A stretch of DNA of 54,270 nt, taken from contig CAYTOG010000001.1 in NCBI GenBank assembly GCA_964439765.1, positions 1 to 54,270 on the forward strand. Reading direction: 5' to 3'. Source of the DNA: an uncultured Methanosarcinales archaeon (GTDB lineage: Archaea > Nanobdellota > Nanobdellia > Woesearchaeales > GW2011-AR9). Shown one piece after another: positions 7,851 through 14,884 of the stretch; the stretch's first letter is position 1, and each line of letters opens with the position of its first letter. Made by a program: the position numbers and the translations under genes. Under the pieces are notes generated by a model. The model saw only the letters and a program-made list of their open reading frames with translations. It was not told the origin of the DNA and searched no databases.

Positions 7851-9476
7851 TCAGTTTTTTCTGCAAGTGACCTCTTGATTTGCATCAAGAAAGAGATAGT
7901 CCATGTCTATGAGTTTGTCAACTCTTTCATCTCCAAACTCATCTTTGAGTTTCTCAACATTGATGCTGATACGATTCTGCATGAAATTGATAACTTCTTG
8001 CAAGTCATTATCAAGAACATACTCTTCTATTACTTCAAGTTCTTGTGAACCTTGCATTAACTTCTCATCTTGCTTTAAGACTTCTTTCCCTTGTTTTTCA
8101 AGGTTTGATGCCTTTTCGTTGTCTTTGTGAATTAAACTTCTCAACTTCTCACAAGTTACTGCTTGAGCAGTAATCTTTCTGTATAAATCTTCAAGAGTCA
8201 GTGTTTTTATGAAATTTTGAGAAGTTGAACTATCTATGTGTGTTAATAACTTGTTTATCGACTGTTTAAGCTCTTCTATAGTGAAATCTTGTTTTGAGAA
8301 GTTAATGAGAAGTTGTGACAAGTTATGAAAAGCTTGCCATTCATACTTGTTACTATAACCTTCAACCTTCCTGCTATCAACATAACCTTTACCTTTCATT
8401 TCATGCAAGGCTCTTGCAACTGTAGCTCTACTCATCTGAATGTCTGGATTCTCAACTATAGAATCAACACTCATCCATTCCTGACTTGTTAAAACTGCGA
8501 GTATCTTTTGATTGGATTCTCTCACATGCAAGTGTTCCATTCTATTGACTTTATCCCAAACCAACTTGGCAACTTCATAATCATCAAATGTAGAAACATA
8601 GTAATCTTTGACTTTCTCTCTTTGAAATCTGAAAGCATAAGTTACACATCTGATAAACGACAAGAACTTTGGAAAGCTTCGTCTATTGCTCTTTCTTGAT
8701 GGCTGAATCAAGTGAGCAAATGGAATAAAGACTTTGATTGGAGATTCTTTGATTAAATCAGTGAGTGCTTGTGCTACTTTGAAATCTTCAAGTTCTTTGA
8801 TTTCATCTCCACCAAAAGCAAGTTTATCTATTTGATGTTCATACACTATATGGTCTTGAGTCTTTGACTCATCAACATTAAACATTATGTATCGATTGCA
8901 GAGCTGTCCTTCATCATCTTCAGGAGTATTGACACTGTTTCTCCATACACTGTTGATTTCCTTGATTTCTATTCTTTTGAACTTCCCTTCTTTATCCACT
9001 GTTTCATGGCTTGGACTATCTCCACTCATATCTGTGTAAACTCTTTCAAGTGCTTGAGCATCTTTACTGTTTTCTGCTTCATCAAAGATTAAGATGCCTT
9101 TGTCAATCATTGCTCCCTTCTCTGATTTGTAGAACTGGCTTTTTGCACTTGAAGATGTTATTCTCTGGACTTTATTGAATGATTTGGAAGTGCTGTCCAT
9201 AACAGCAGTTTTTCCTTTCCCACTGCTTCCAACAGCCATAGTGTGTATAGTAAATTGTCTTTTGTATAAACCTGAACTTAAACCAGATAATAGAAGTAAC
9301 AAGATTGAGTCTTTCTCCCTACTGTGAATCTTTGCAACTGTTTCAACCAAGAACAGTAAAGGATTGCTATTCTTTGCAATCTTTTCAGCTTTATCCTTGT
9401 GAAATTCAGTGTAAGGTTTTGGAGAAGGTTTTGGCTCTTTCATCTCCTTTTTTACTTTATCAAGTCCTTTACTCAT
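7851..9476 (-). CDS. P-loop replicative helicase-like ATPase with C-terminal winged-helix
   Basis: Walker A 'GSSGKGKTAV' and Walker B 'ILIFDEAEN'. 'NRYIMFNVDESKTQ' parallels 'NRFIVVNVDETHEQ' in the element-2 protein. C-terminal 'MSRATVARALHEMKGKGYV'. The ATG at 9476 forms an ATGA overlap with the upstream primase stop. Confidence 0.75.
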   Translation of the reverse strand: MSKGLDKVKKEMKEPKPSPKPYTEFHKDKAEKIAKNSNPLLFLVETVAKIHSREKDSILLLLLSGLSSGLYKRQFTIHTMAVGSSGKGKTAVMDSTSKSFNKVQRITSSSAKSQFYKSEKGAMIDKGILIFDEAENSKDAQALERVYTDMSGDSPSHETVDKEGKFKRIEIKEINSVWRNSVNTPEDDEGQLCNRYIMFNVDESKTQDHIVYEHQIDKLAFGGDEIKELEDFKVAQALTDLIKESPIKVFIPFAHLIQPSRKSNRRSFPKFLSFIRCVTYAFRFQREKVKDYYVSTFDDYEVAKLVWDKVNRMEHLHVRESNQKILAVLTSQEWMSVDSIVENPDIQMSRATVARALHEMKGKGYVDSRKVEGYSNKYEWQAFHNLSQLLINFSKQDFTIEELKQSINKLLTHIDSSTSQNFIKTLTLEDLYRKITAQAVTCEKLRSLIHKDNEKASNLEKQGKEVLKQDEKLMQGSQELEVIEEYVLDNDLQEVINFMQNRISINVEKLKDEFGDERVDKLIDMDYLFLDANQEVTCRKN

Positions 9477-9985
9477 GCTGAAGCCCTCACCATAGTTTTC
9501 TTTATTCCAGTCTTCCAATGAGGACTCTCTTCCATAGCAATCATGCATTTATCAGATTTCTTCATTCCATCACAACCAAACTTCTGAATCAAGAATGCTC
9601 TGATAGCTTCTCTTTCATACCTTGAATGAAAAGCAAGTTCTTTGACATAGATGTGGATGTGAAAACCTCTTGAACCAGTAAAGTAAGCTTTATACTGAAA
9701 AGCATAGTCTTCTATGTTGTCACAAATCCAATGCAGATAGTCTTCACTGATTCTTTCATCTACATCAAGAACAATTTCACAAGGCAAGATTTCTCTATTG
9801 TCAACTCTTTCAAGAAATCGAAGACCTTCATCACTATGCCAACAGTCAAGAACACATCTCCAAGAACAAAACCCTTTTGAGCCATCTTTTCGTTTGTATG
9901 TGCAGGTTACTCTGAAATCACCCCATCTATTACATAGGTCTTGAAGATAGGCAACTTTGTGTTTAGGCAAGGTTTCACAAAACAT
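9473..9985 (-). CDS. Archaeo-eukaryotic primase (AEP / prim-pol) domain protein
   Basis: Motif I 'VLDVDE' and motif II 'GSRGFHIHIY'. 'MIAMEESPHWKTG' parallels 'MIAKENAPHWKIL' in the element-2 fusion protein. The start is taken at the internal ATG (9985), because the upstream part of the tracked ORF overlaps a better small ORF. Confidence 0.75.
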   Translation of the reverse strand: MFCETLPKHKVAYLQDLCNRWGDFRVTCTYKRKDGSKGFCSWRCVLDCWHSDEGLRFLERVDNREILPCEIVLDVDERISEDYLHWICDNIEDYAFQYKAYFTGSRGFHIHIYVKELAFHSRYEREAIRAFLIQKFGCDGMKKSDKCMIAMEESPHWKTGIKKTMVRASA

Positions 9986-10142
9986 CTTCAGAATCCTCAC
10001 GAATTGATTTAATTTGGTCTTTGTTGATGTGAAAGATAGTTCCATCTGGCATTTTAATTTTAACAAAGCCCCCTTTATCTTCAATGATTGTTCCTTTGAG
10101 GGCTTTGATTGTTCCAGAATCATCCCAAACTATTTTGTCCAT
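9975..10142 (-). CDS. Small 55-aa protein (not in ORF track), apparently translationally coupled to the primase
   Basis: Manual translation gives MDKIVWDDSGTIKALKGTIIEDKGGFVKIKMPDGTIFHINKDQIKSIREDSEDVL*. Its end overlaps the primase ATG (GATGTTTTGTGA). Confidence 0.4.
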   Translation of the reverse strand: MDKIVWDDSGTIKALKGTIIEDKGGFVKIKMPDGTIFHINKDQIKSIREDSEDVL

Positions 10143-10173
10143 AGAGCATCACCTATAAAAAAGAAGAAATGGG

Positions 10174-10590
10174 TTATACCCATTCGTTATCTGAGTTTAA
10201 TTTCTTCCACTCGTTATCAACAAATGCATGGACTTCATAGCTTTCTTTGTCTCTTTCTTTCATCCCATCAGCTATGTGAGAAATCTTGAGTTTGACTCCT
10301 GTCCCCATCTCTGTATTGAGTTTCTGAAAGATTTGTCGTATTTTTCCCCATACAGTCCAAGCTCTGACAGAATAAACTTTGTTTTCAACATCATAGATGT
10401 CAATCCCGAAATCTACACTTGAAAGTTTTTTATCAAACTTCTTTCCATCTTTACCTACAACAACTGTGTCAGTATTTTTCTTCACTCCTTTTACAATTAT
10501 TTCAATACTCTCTCCAACCTTTGGATGAGAGATGTATTTGTTCTCAGTGATGTCGCTCACTTTATCAAATTGTTCTTCATTTCCATTCAT
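10174..10590 (-). CDS. Hypothetical protein (beta-rich; possible OB-fold/ssDNA-binding, unverified)
   Basis: 138-aa ORF in the replication operon, between the RHH genes and the primase. No diagnostic motif. Confidence 0.45.
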   Translation of the reverse strand: MNGNEEQFDKVSDITENKYISHPKVGESIEIIVKGVKKNTDTVVVGKDGKKFDKKLSSVDFGIDIYDVENKVYSVRAWTVWGKIRQIFQKLNTEMGTGVKLKISHIADGMKERDKESYEVHAFVDNEWKKLNSDNEWV

Positions 10591-10591
10591 T

Positions 10592-10843
10592 TTATTTTTC
10601 CTCCTGTATTTTTTTCTTTAACATCTCTTCATGTAGAAGAGCATGAATCTGATTTGTTGCTGAATAAATCTCTCTGATTTGCTGTTCAGTTGATAATGAG
10701 TAGAGAAGTCTATGCCGAAGCCATTGGCTCATATTATGAAAGCCATCTGCTTCCATCTTGTTTTGCAGAAGTATTTTTTCTTGAGTAGAAACTCTTGTTA
10801 CAATTACTTCTTTCTGACTGCCTTTTCTGATTTTACTTTGCAT
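10592..10843 (-). CDS. Ribbon-helix-helix-like DNA-binding protein
   Basis: 'EVIVTRVSTQEKILLQNKMEADGFHNMSQWLRHRLL' fits a beta-strand followed by two helices. Confidence 0.5.
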   Translation of the reverse strand: MQSKIRKGSQKEVIVTRVSTQEKILLQNKMEADGFHNMSQWLRHRLLYSLSTEQQIREIYSATNQIHALLHEEMLKKKIQEEK

Positions 10844-10992
10844 AGTTTATCCACCAAAACATCATTTATCATAGCATGAAGCAAATTACTGACTGTCCTA
10901 TTCTGAGATTTCGCCATCTCTCGAAACTTTGCAGCTTGTGTTATAGTCACAAGAGTCTGCAACTTTACATCTCGTAGTTCGTTTGCTTGCAT
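10804..10992 (-). CDS. Ribbon-helix-helix (CopG/Arc-like) regulator, first gene of the leftward operon
   Basis: 'LVTITQAAKFREMAKSQNRTVSNLLHAMINDVL' fits the RHH pattern. The gene sits next to the palindromic sites at 11028-11062. Confidence 0.55.
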   Translation of the reverse strand: MQANELRDVKLQTLVTITQAAKFREMAKSQNRTVSNLLHAMINDVLVDKLCKVKSEKAVRKK

Positions 10993-11027
10993 GATAGATT
11001 ATAGTATCAAACAAGCAGAATATAGTT

Positions 11028-11062
11028 ACACTCCGTAGTGTGAAAGAATTACACTATGTAGT
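11028..11062. promoter_or_regulatory. Candidate operator pair in the divergent control region of element 1
   Basis: ACACTccgtAGTGT (11028-11041) and the half-degenerate ACACTatgtAGTtt (11051-11064) lie between divergent genes (10992 minus, 11090 plus). The same motif occurs at 1961-1974. Confidence 0.45.
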
Positions 11063-11089
11063 TTATAGAAACATTTAAATAGACATAGT

Positions 11090-11911
11090 ATGTTATACTA
11101 TAGTATGACCTATCAGTTTGTTGAACAAAAGGAAATAAAGGTAGTTACCAAGAATCAAGGTGCTACATGTAATGTGAACATTCCAAAATACATGCTTGTA
11201 GGTCTACGTTGGTTAAATCCTCATCTTGCAAAAGAGCAAATACCTGTGTTTGTTCGAGTATTGCCTGAGTTTGGTGAGATTGTGATAAGCCATAGAGAAG
11301 TGAAACCTTCTGATTTGTCTGACTTTCTCATGTTTGGTTATGCTGTTCCAAAAAACAATCCTATTCGAAAGATTGTAGATGATGATAAACAAGAGTTTAA
11401 TGATGCTGTTTGGATGGCAAGTGAAGATAAAATCAAAGAGAGAACTCAAAGGGTAATTGATGCAAAGAAAGAACATCTTGCTCAACTTGATGCAATGGAG
11501 AAAGACTATGCTTCAAAGATAAAGATGGTTCAAGACCATAAGAAATCATTGAAAGAAGACTTGAAGAAGTTTCCTCAGAACAAGAAGCAATGGGAACAGT
11601 TCATTAAATCTGAAAAAATCAGGTGGGGAATGTATGCAAAATACAGAGATACACGAGGCAAAAAGGATGAACATGACAGTAATTATCTTGAAGTTGGTAA
11701 AGACCACATAGAAGTAAGACATGTTCCAACAGGTCTGATTCAAGCAAAGAAAGTTAATTTGACACCTGCTCAAAAGAAAAGAATTGCTGAACAAAGAAAG
11801 ATGCTTGAGAGGGCAAAGACACCAACAAGCAAAAAGAAACGGGTATCAAAGTCCGGGAATACAAACAAGAAATCAAGAAAAACAGGGAAACAAAGGAGAA
11901 GTAATAAATGA
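11090..11911 (+). CDS. Hypothetical DNA-binding-like protein with Lys-rich coiled-coil and basic tail
   Basis: N-terminal 'CNVNIPKYMLVGLRWLN...VFVRVLPEFGEIVISH' resembles a swapped-hairpin (AbrB/SpoVT-like) 'v.iPk..l..l.w' pattern. Its architecture and position parallel 35625..36080 in element 2. Confidence 0.5.
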   Translation: MLYYSMTYQFVEQKEIKVVTKNQGATCNVNIPKYMLVGLRWLNPHLAKEQIPVFVRVLPEFGEIVISHREVKPSDLSDFLMFGYAVPKNNPIRKIVDDDKQEFNDAVWMASEDKIKERTQRVIDAKKEHLAQLDAMEKDYASKIKMVQDHKKSLKEDLKKFPQNKKQWEQFIKSEKIRWGMYAKYRDTRGKKDEHDSNYLEVGKDHIEVRHVPTGLIQAKKVNLTPAQKKRIAEQRKMLERAKTPTSKKKRVSKSGNTNKKSRKTGKQRRSNK

Positions 11912-12088
11912 AACGACACCTATCGACCCAAAACTATCACAGGGAAATTATACCTTTCACACCATCACAAAAATTGGAGGCATTTAAAAAAAAAGACAAA
12001 AAATAACACGCAACAAATTGCAGAAAAAGTGTCCAAAAAGTTTGAAAAAACTGACAACCAAACTGCAAAATTTGCGGAGAAGAAGACG

Positions 12089-12098
12089 TAAAATATAA
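12089..12098 (+). promoter_or_regulatory. TATA-like box upstream of the TctA-like gene
   Basis: 'TAAAATATAA' ends ~25 nt upstream of the ATG at 12124, the typical archaeal spacing for short or leaderless transcripts. Confidence 0.4.
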
Positions 12099-12123
12099 GA
12101 ATTGCAAAATTCACCTACTATAA

Positions 12124-13329
12124 ATGTTTGTTGAAATTTTGATTGCAATTCTGCTTGGTGTGTCCGCCGGGACATTCACTGGCCTTTTCCCAGGGATTCA
12201 TGTCAATTTAATTTCTGTTTTGGTTTTATCCTTGTCTCCTTTTCTATTGGTGTATACATCTGCTTTGATGCTTTCAGCATATATTATCTCTCTTGCAATC
12301 ACTCATTCTTTTTTAGATTCTCTACCATCAATTTATCTCGGAGCTCCTGATGAAGCTATGGCTCTTTCTGTTCTACCTGGACACAAACTATTACATCGTG
12401 GAGAAGGACACAATGCGATTGTGTGCACCATTATTGGAAGTTATGGTTGTTTAATTTGTTCTCTTTTGGTGTTTCCATTTTTTTTATTGGGGATGGCATT
12501 CATTTATCCAATAATTGACTCACTCATTGGATGGATACTGATTTTGATCATGGCAATTATGATCTTGCGAGAACGAGGGAAACGTTTGATTACACTTGTT
12601 TGTTTTTTACTTGCAGGTGCTCTTGGAATTGTTGTTCTTTCGATGGATTCACTATCGCAGCCGTTGTTTCCACTTCTTTCTGGACTCTTTGGTTTTTCTA
12701 TTATGCTTGTTAGTTTAATGCAACGCGCTGTTGTTCCTGCGCAAGATTTTGGAATAAAACTTAAATTGCCTTTTCATTCTGCTCTGCGCGCCATTGGTGC
12801 TGCAACCGGTGTTGGTTTCATTGCTGCCTTCTTACCTGGTTTTGGAAATTCACAAGCTGCGATTGTTGCAAATGAAGTTATTAAAGAAGGAGAAGCGGAA
12901 ATTTTCTTGACTCTTGTTGGAGGTATTAACACAGCTAACATGCTTATCAGTATTGGGACAATTTATGTTTTAGAGAAAGCTCGTAATGGGGCAATTGTGG
13001 CTGTAAAGGAACTTGTTGGTTTAGTTGATTTTCGAATGATGGTATTGTTTCTGGGAGTTGCATTGTTTGTTGGCAGTGTTGCATCAATTTTAACAGTGTA
13101 TCTTTCAAAAGGTTTTTCTCGTGTGATGTCTCATGTTAATTATACAGATGTGATTTTTGGGATCATATTATTGATTTGTTGTTTAACTTTTATTTTTGAT
13201 GGCTTCGTTGGTCTTCTGATTTTATTTGCTGCAACGTGTGTTGGTTTGCTTGCAAGTTTCTTTGCTGTTGGGAAGAATCATCTAATGGGAAGTTTGATTA
13301 TCCCAGTTATTTTGTATTTTGTTTTGTGA
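12124..13329 (+). CDS. Polytopic membrane protein, TctA/DUF112-like
   Basis: 401 aa, hydrophobic almost throughout. N-terminal 'GVSAGTFTGLFPGIHVN' resembles the G-x-x-x-G-x-(l/f)PG start of TctA-family permeases. The family assignment is tentative. Confidence 0.5.
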   Translation: MFVEILIAILLGVSAGTFTGLFPGIHVNLISVLVLSLSPFLLVYTSALMLSAYIISLAITHSFLDSLPSIYLGAPDEAMALSVLPGHKLLHRGEGHNAIVCTIIGSYGCLICSLLVFPFFLLGMAFIYPIIDSLIGWILILIMAIMILRERGKRLITLVCFLLAGALGIVVLSMDSLSQPLFPLLSGLFGFSIMLVSLMQRAVVPAQDFGIKLKLPFHSALRAIGAATGVGFIAAFLPGFGNSQAAIVANEVIKEGEAEIFLTLVGGINTANMLISIGTIYVLEKARNGAIVAVKELVGLVDFRMMVLFLGVALFVGSVASILTVYLSKGFSRVMSHVNYTDVIFGIILLICCLTFIFDGFVGLLILFAATCVGLLASFFAVGKNHLMGSLIIPVILYFVL

Positions 13330-13383
13330 AGCCACTGGTCAACTACTGCAAAAGTATTTATTCAATGTAACATCATAAAGATT

Positions 13384-14091
13384 ATGGGCATTAGAAAAAT
13401 TAAGAATGTTGAATTAAATGAGATTACTTCCTATTTAGCAGGAGTTATTATTGGTGATGGCCATATTTCAAATTCAACCAAATCAAAAATTGATTTGTCT
13501 CCAGATTATAGAATTACAATTGAACTTGTAGATAAGAGATATTTACAAGAGATCGTTGCCCTTATAAGGAAAGTGGTGACAACTAAAAGTAAGATCATTA
13601 CTAGAGTAAGACCAACAAAAAAGTGCGAGCACTATTATTTTCAATTTAGAAATAAAAGTTTTTACTATTTTTTAACTAAAGATCTTTTAATACCTTCTGG
13701 AAAGAAAAGTGGAATTGTGTTTATACCCACTCCTATTCTCAATGACTCTATACTTATTTCCCACTTTCTTGCTGGTCTTTTTGATACAGATGGAGGAATA
13801 CGTGGGAAAACAATTGGATTTACTTCTAAAAGTGAAATATTAATTATTCAAACACATAACTCGTTGTACAATTTAGGGATACACTCTTCGAAAGATTCTT
13901 GGGTTCATAGAAAATATAATCAAAGATATTTTGGACTACATATTCATAAAGAATCTGTAGATACCTTTTTAAATACGGTTCCAGTCAGAAATAAAGCTAA
14001 ACTATTGAAATCACACCGTCATGTGGACGTGCCGGAGTGGTCAAACGGGCTGGAAGATAGTAACAAAAAGGTACTATCTGGCTTTGCTTAG
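13384..14091 (+). CDS. LAGLIDADG homing endonuclease (double-motif, monomeric type)
   Basis: Two LAGLIDADG motifs, 'LAGVIIGDGHI' and 'LAGLFDTDGGI', lie ~110 aa apart. The 3' end of the ORF overlaps tRNA-Leu by 69 nt. Confidence 0.85.
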   Translation: MGIRKIKNVELNEITSYLAGVIIGDGHISNSTKSKIDLSPDYRITIELVDKRYLQEIVALIRKVVTTKSKIITRVRPTKKCEHYYFQFRNKSFYYFLTKDLLIPSGKKSGIVFIPTPILNDSILISHFLAGLFDTDGGIRGKTIGFTSKSEILIIQTHNSLYNLGIHSSKDSWVHRKYNQRYFGLHIHKESVDTFLNTVPVRNKAKLLKSHRHVDVPEWSNGLEDSNKKVLSGFA

Positions 14092-14138
14092 GACCCAGTA
14101 GCTTAGTGCTTACGCAGGTTCGAACCCTGCCGTCCACA
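14023..14138 (+). tRNA. tRNA-Leu(UAG) with a ~32-nt intron inside the anticodon stem (14054-14085)
   Basis: Acceptor GTGGACG/CGTCCAC with discriminator A. D-arm CCG..AGTGGTCAAA..CGG. T-arm GCAGG-TTCGAAC-CCTGC. Long variable arm T-AGC-TTAGT-GCT-TAC. Removing 14054-14085 gives a perfect anticodon arm, CTGGG-CTTAGGA-CCCAG. The intron contains an 8-bp hairpin (AGATAGTA/TACTATCT). Confidence 0.75.
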
Positions 14139-14295
14139 CTTTTTTCTTATCATTTTATTATTTAGCTTTCTTCCACACATTAAAGAAATTTGCTTTAAAC
14201 GATTCTACTAGGTCTTTATCCTTAATTACAGTAGAGCGAATATTTTTCTTAGAAAGTGACAAAGTATTTTTATTAGATCGTCAAATTATAAACTT

Positions 14296-14874
14296 ATGTT
14301 AGAATCATCATCCCAAACAGCAACCCAATTACCATATCACTTAGCAACAGTCACTGGAAAACATAGAGCAGCAGAAACATTACAACTGAGACCTTCCAAC
14401 CAAAAGCTAGATATTCTTGAAGTTGGACCTGCTTTTGGATACACAACCATAGATTTATTGACAATCTATCCCCAAGCCCAAGTTACTGCAATAGAAATCT
14501 CTGAGGACTATGCTAAACTCGCAAAAAAACATCTTTCAAGATATGGCGACAGAGTTCGGATCTTTAATGGAGATGGTTACTTTCTTGATGATGAACTCAA
14601 AAGATTAATTGGAGAACACACTGGTTTTGATAGAGTCTTTATGATGAACAACTTTTATTGGGCAGCTGCAGAAATGACCCCTCAGCAAATTGGAATGGTT
14701 GCAACAAACACATTTCAAGTTCTAAGAGAATCTGGATTGTGGACAATATCAAATGAATCAAATTATTTAACATTGCAAAGAAGAGGAAGAAAACTTCGAC
14801 TTAAAGAAAAGAAATTCTCTAATAATGAAACACTACGAAGATTATTTCGAACTTCAGTTAGGCAGACGTATTAA
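14296..14874 (+). CDS. SAM-dependent methyltransferase (class I)
   Basis: 'LDILEVGPAFGYTTIDL' matches motif I (E/DxGxGxG-like), and a later acidic 'VTAIEISEDY' matches motif II. Confidence 0.6.
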   Translation: MLESSSQTATQLPYHLATVTGKHRAAETLQLRPSNQKLDILEVGPAFGYTTIDLLTIYPQAQVTAIEISEDYAKLAKKHLSRYGDRVRIFNGDGYFLDDELKRLIGEHTGFDRVFMMNNFYWAAAEMTPQQIGMVATNTFQVLRESGLWTISNESNYLTLQRRGRKLRLKEKKFSNNETLRRLFRTSVRQTY

Positions 14875-14884
14875 AAACTTAACT

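Larger units (their letters stand above)
1904..12189. mobile_element. Integrated plasmid/virus-like element 1 (~10.3 kb); boundaries inferred from the target-gene N-terminus duplication
   Basis: Contains a tyrosine integrase, a serine recombinase, an AEP primase, a P-loop helicase, RHH regulators and TerL. It is bracketed by two homologous 22-codon gene starts (1838-1903 and 12124-12189). No exact nucleotide core repeat was found, so the ends are approximate. Confidence 0.6.

Noticed and set aside
10014-10289. 91-aa plus ORF and other short antisense ORFs inside the replication operon (e.g. 10228-10422, 7725-8048, 7903-8130, 8508-8699)
   Set aside because: All are embedded antisense in longer, motif-bearing minus-strand genes and have AT-rich, low-complexity translations typical of non-coding frames.
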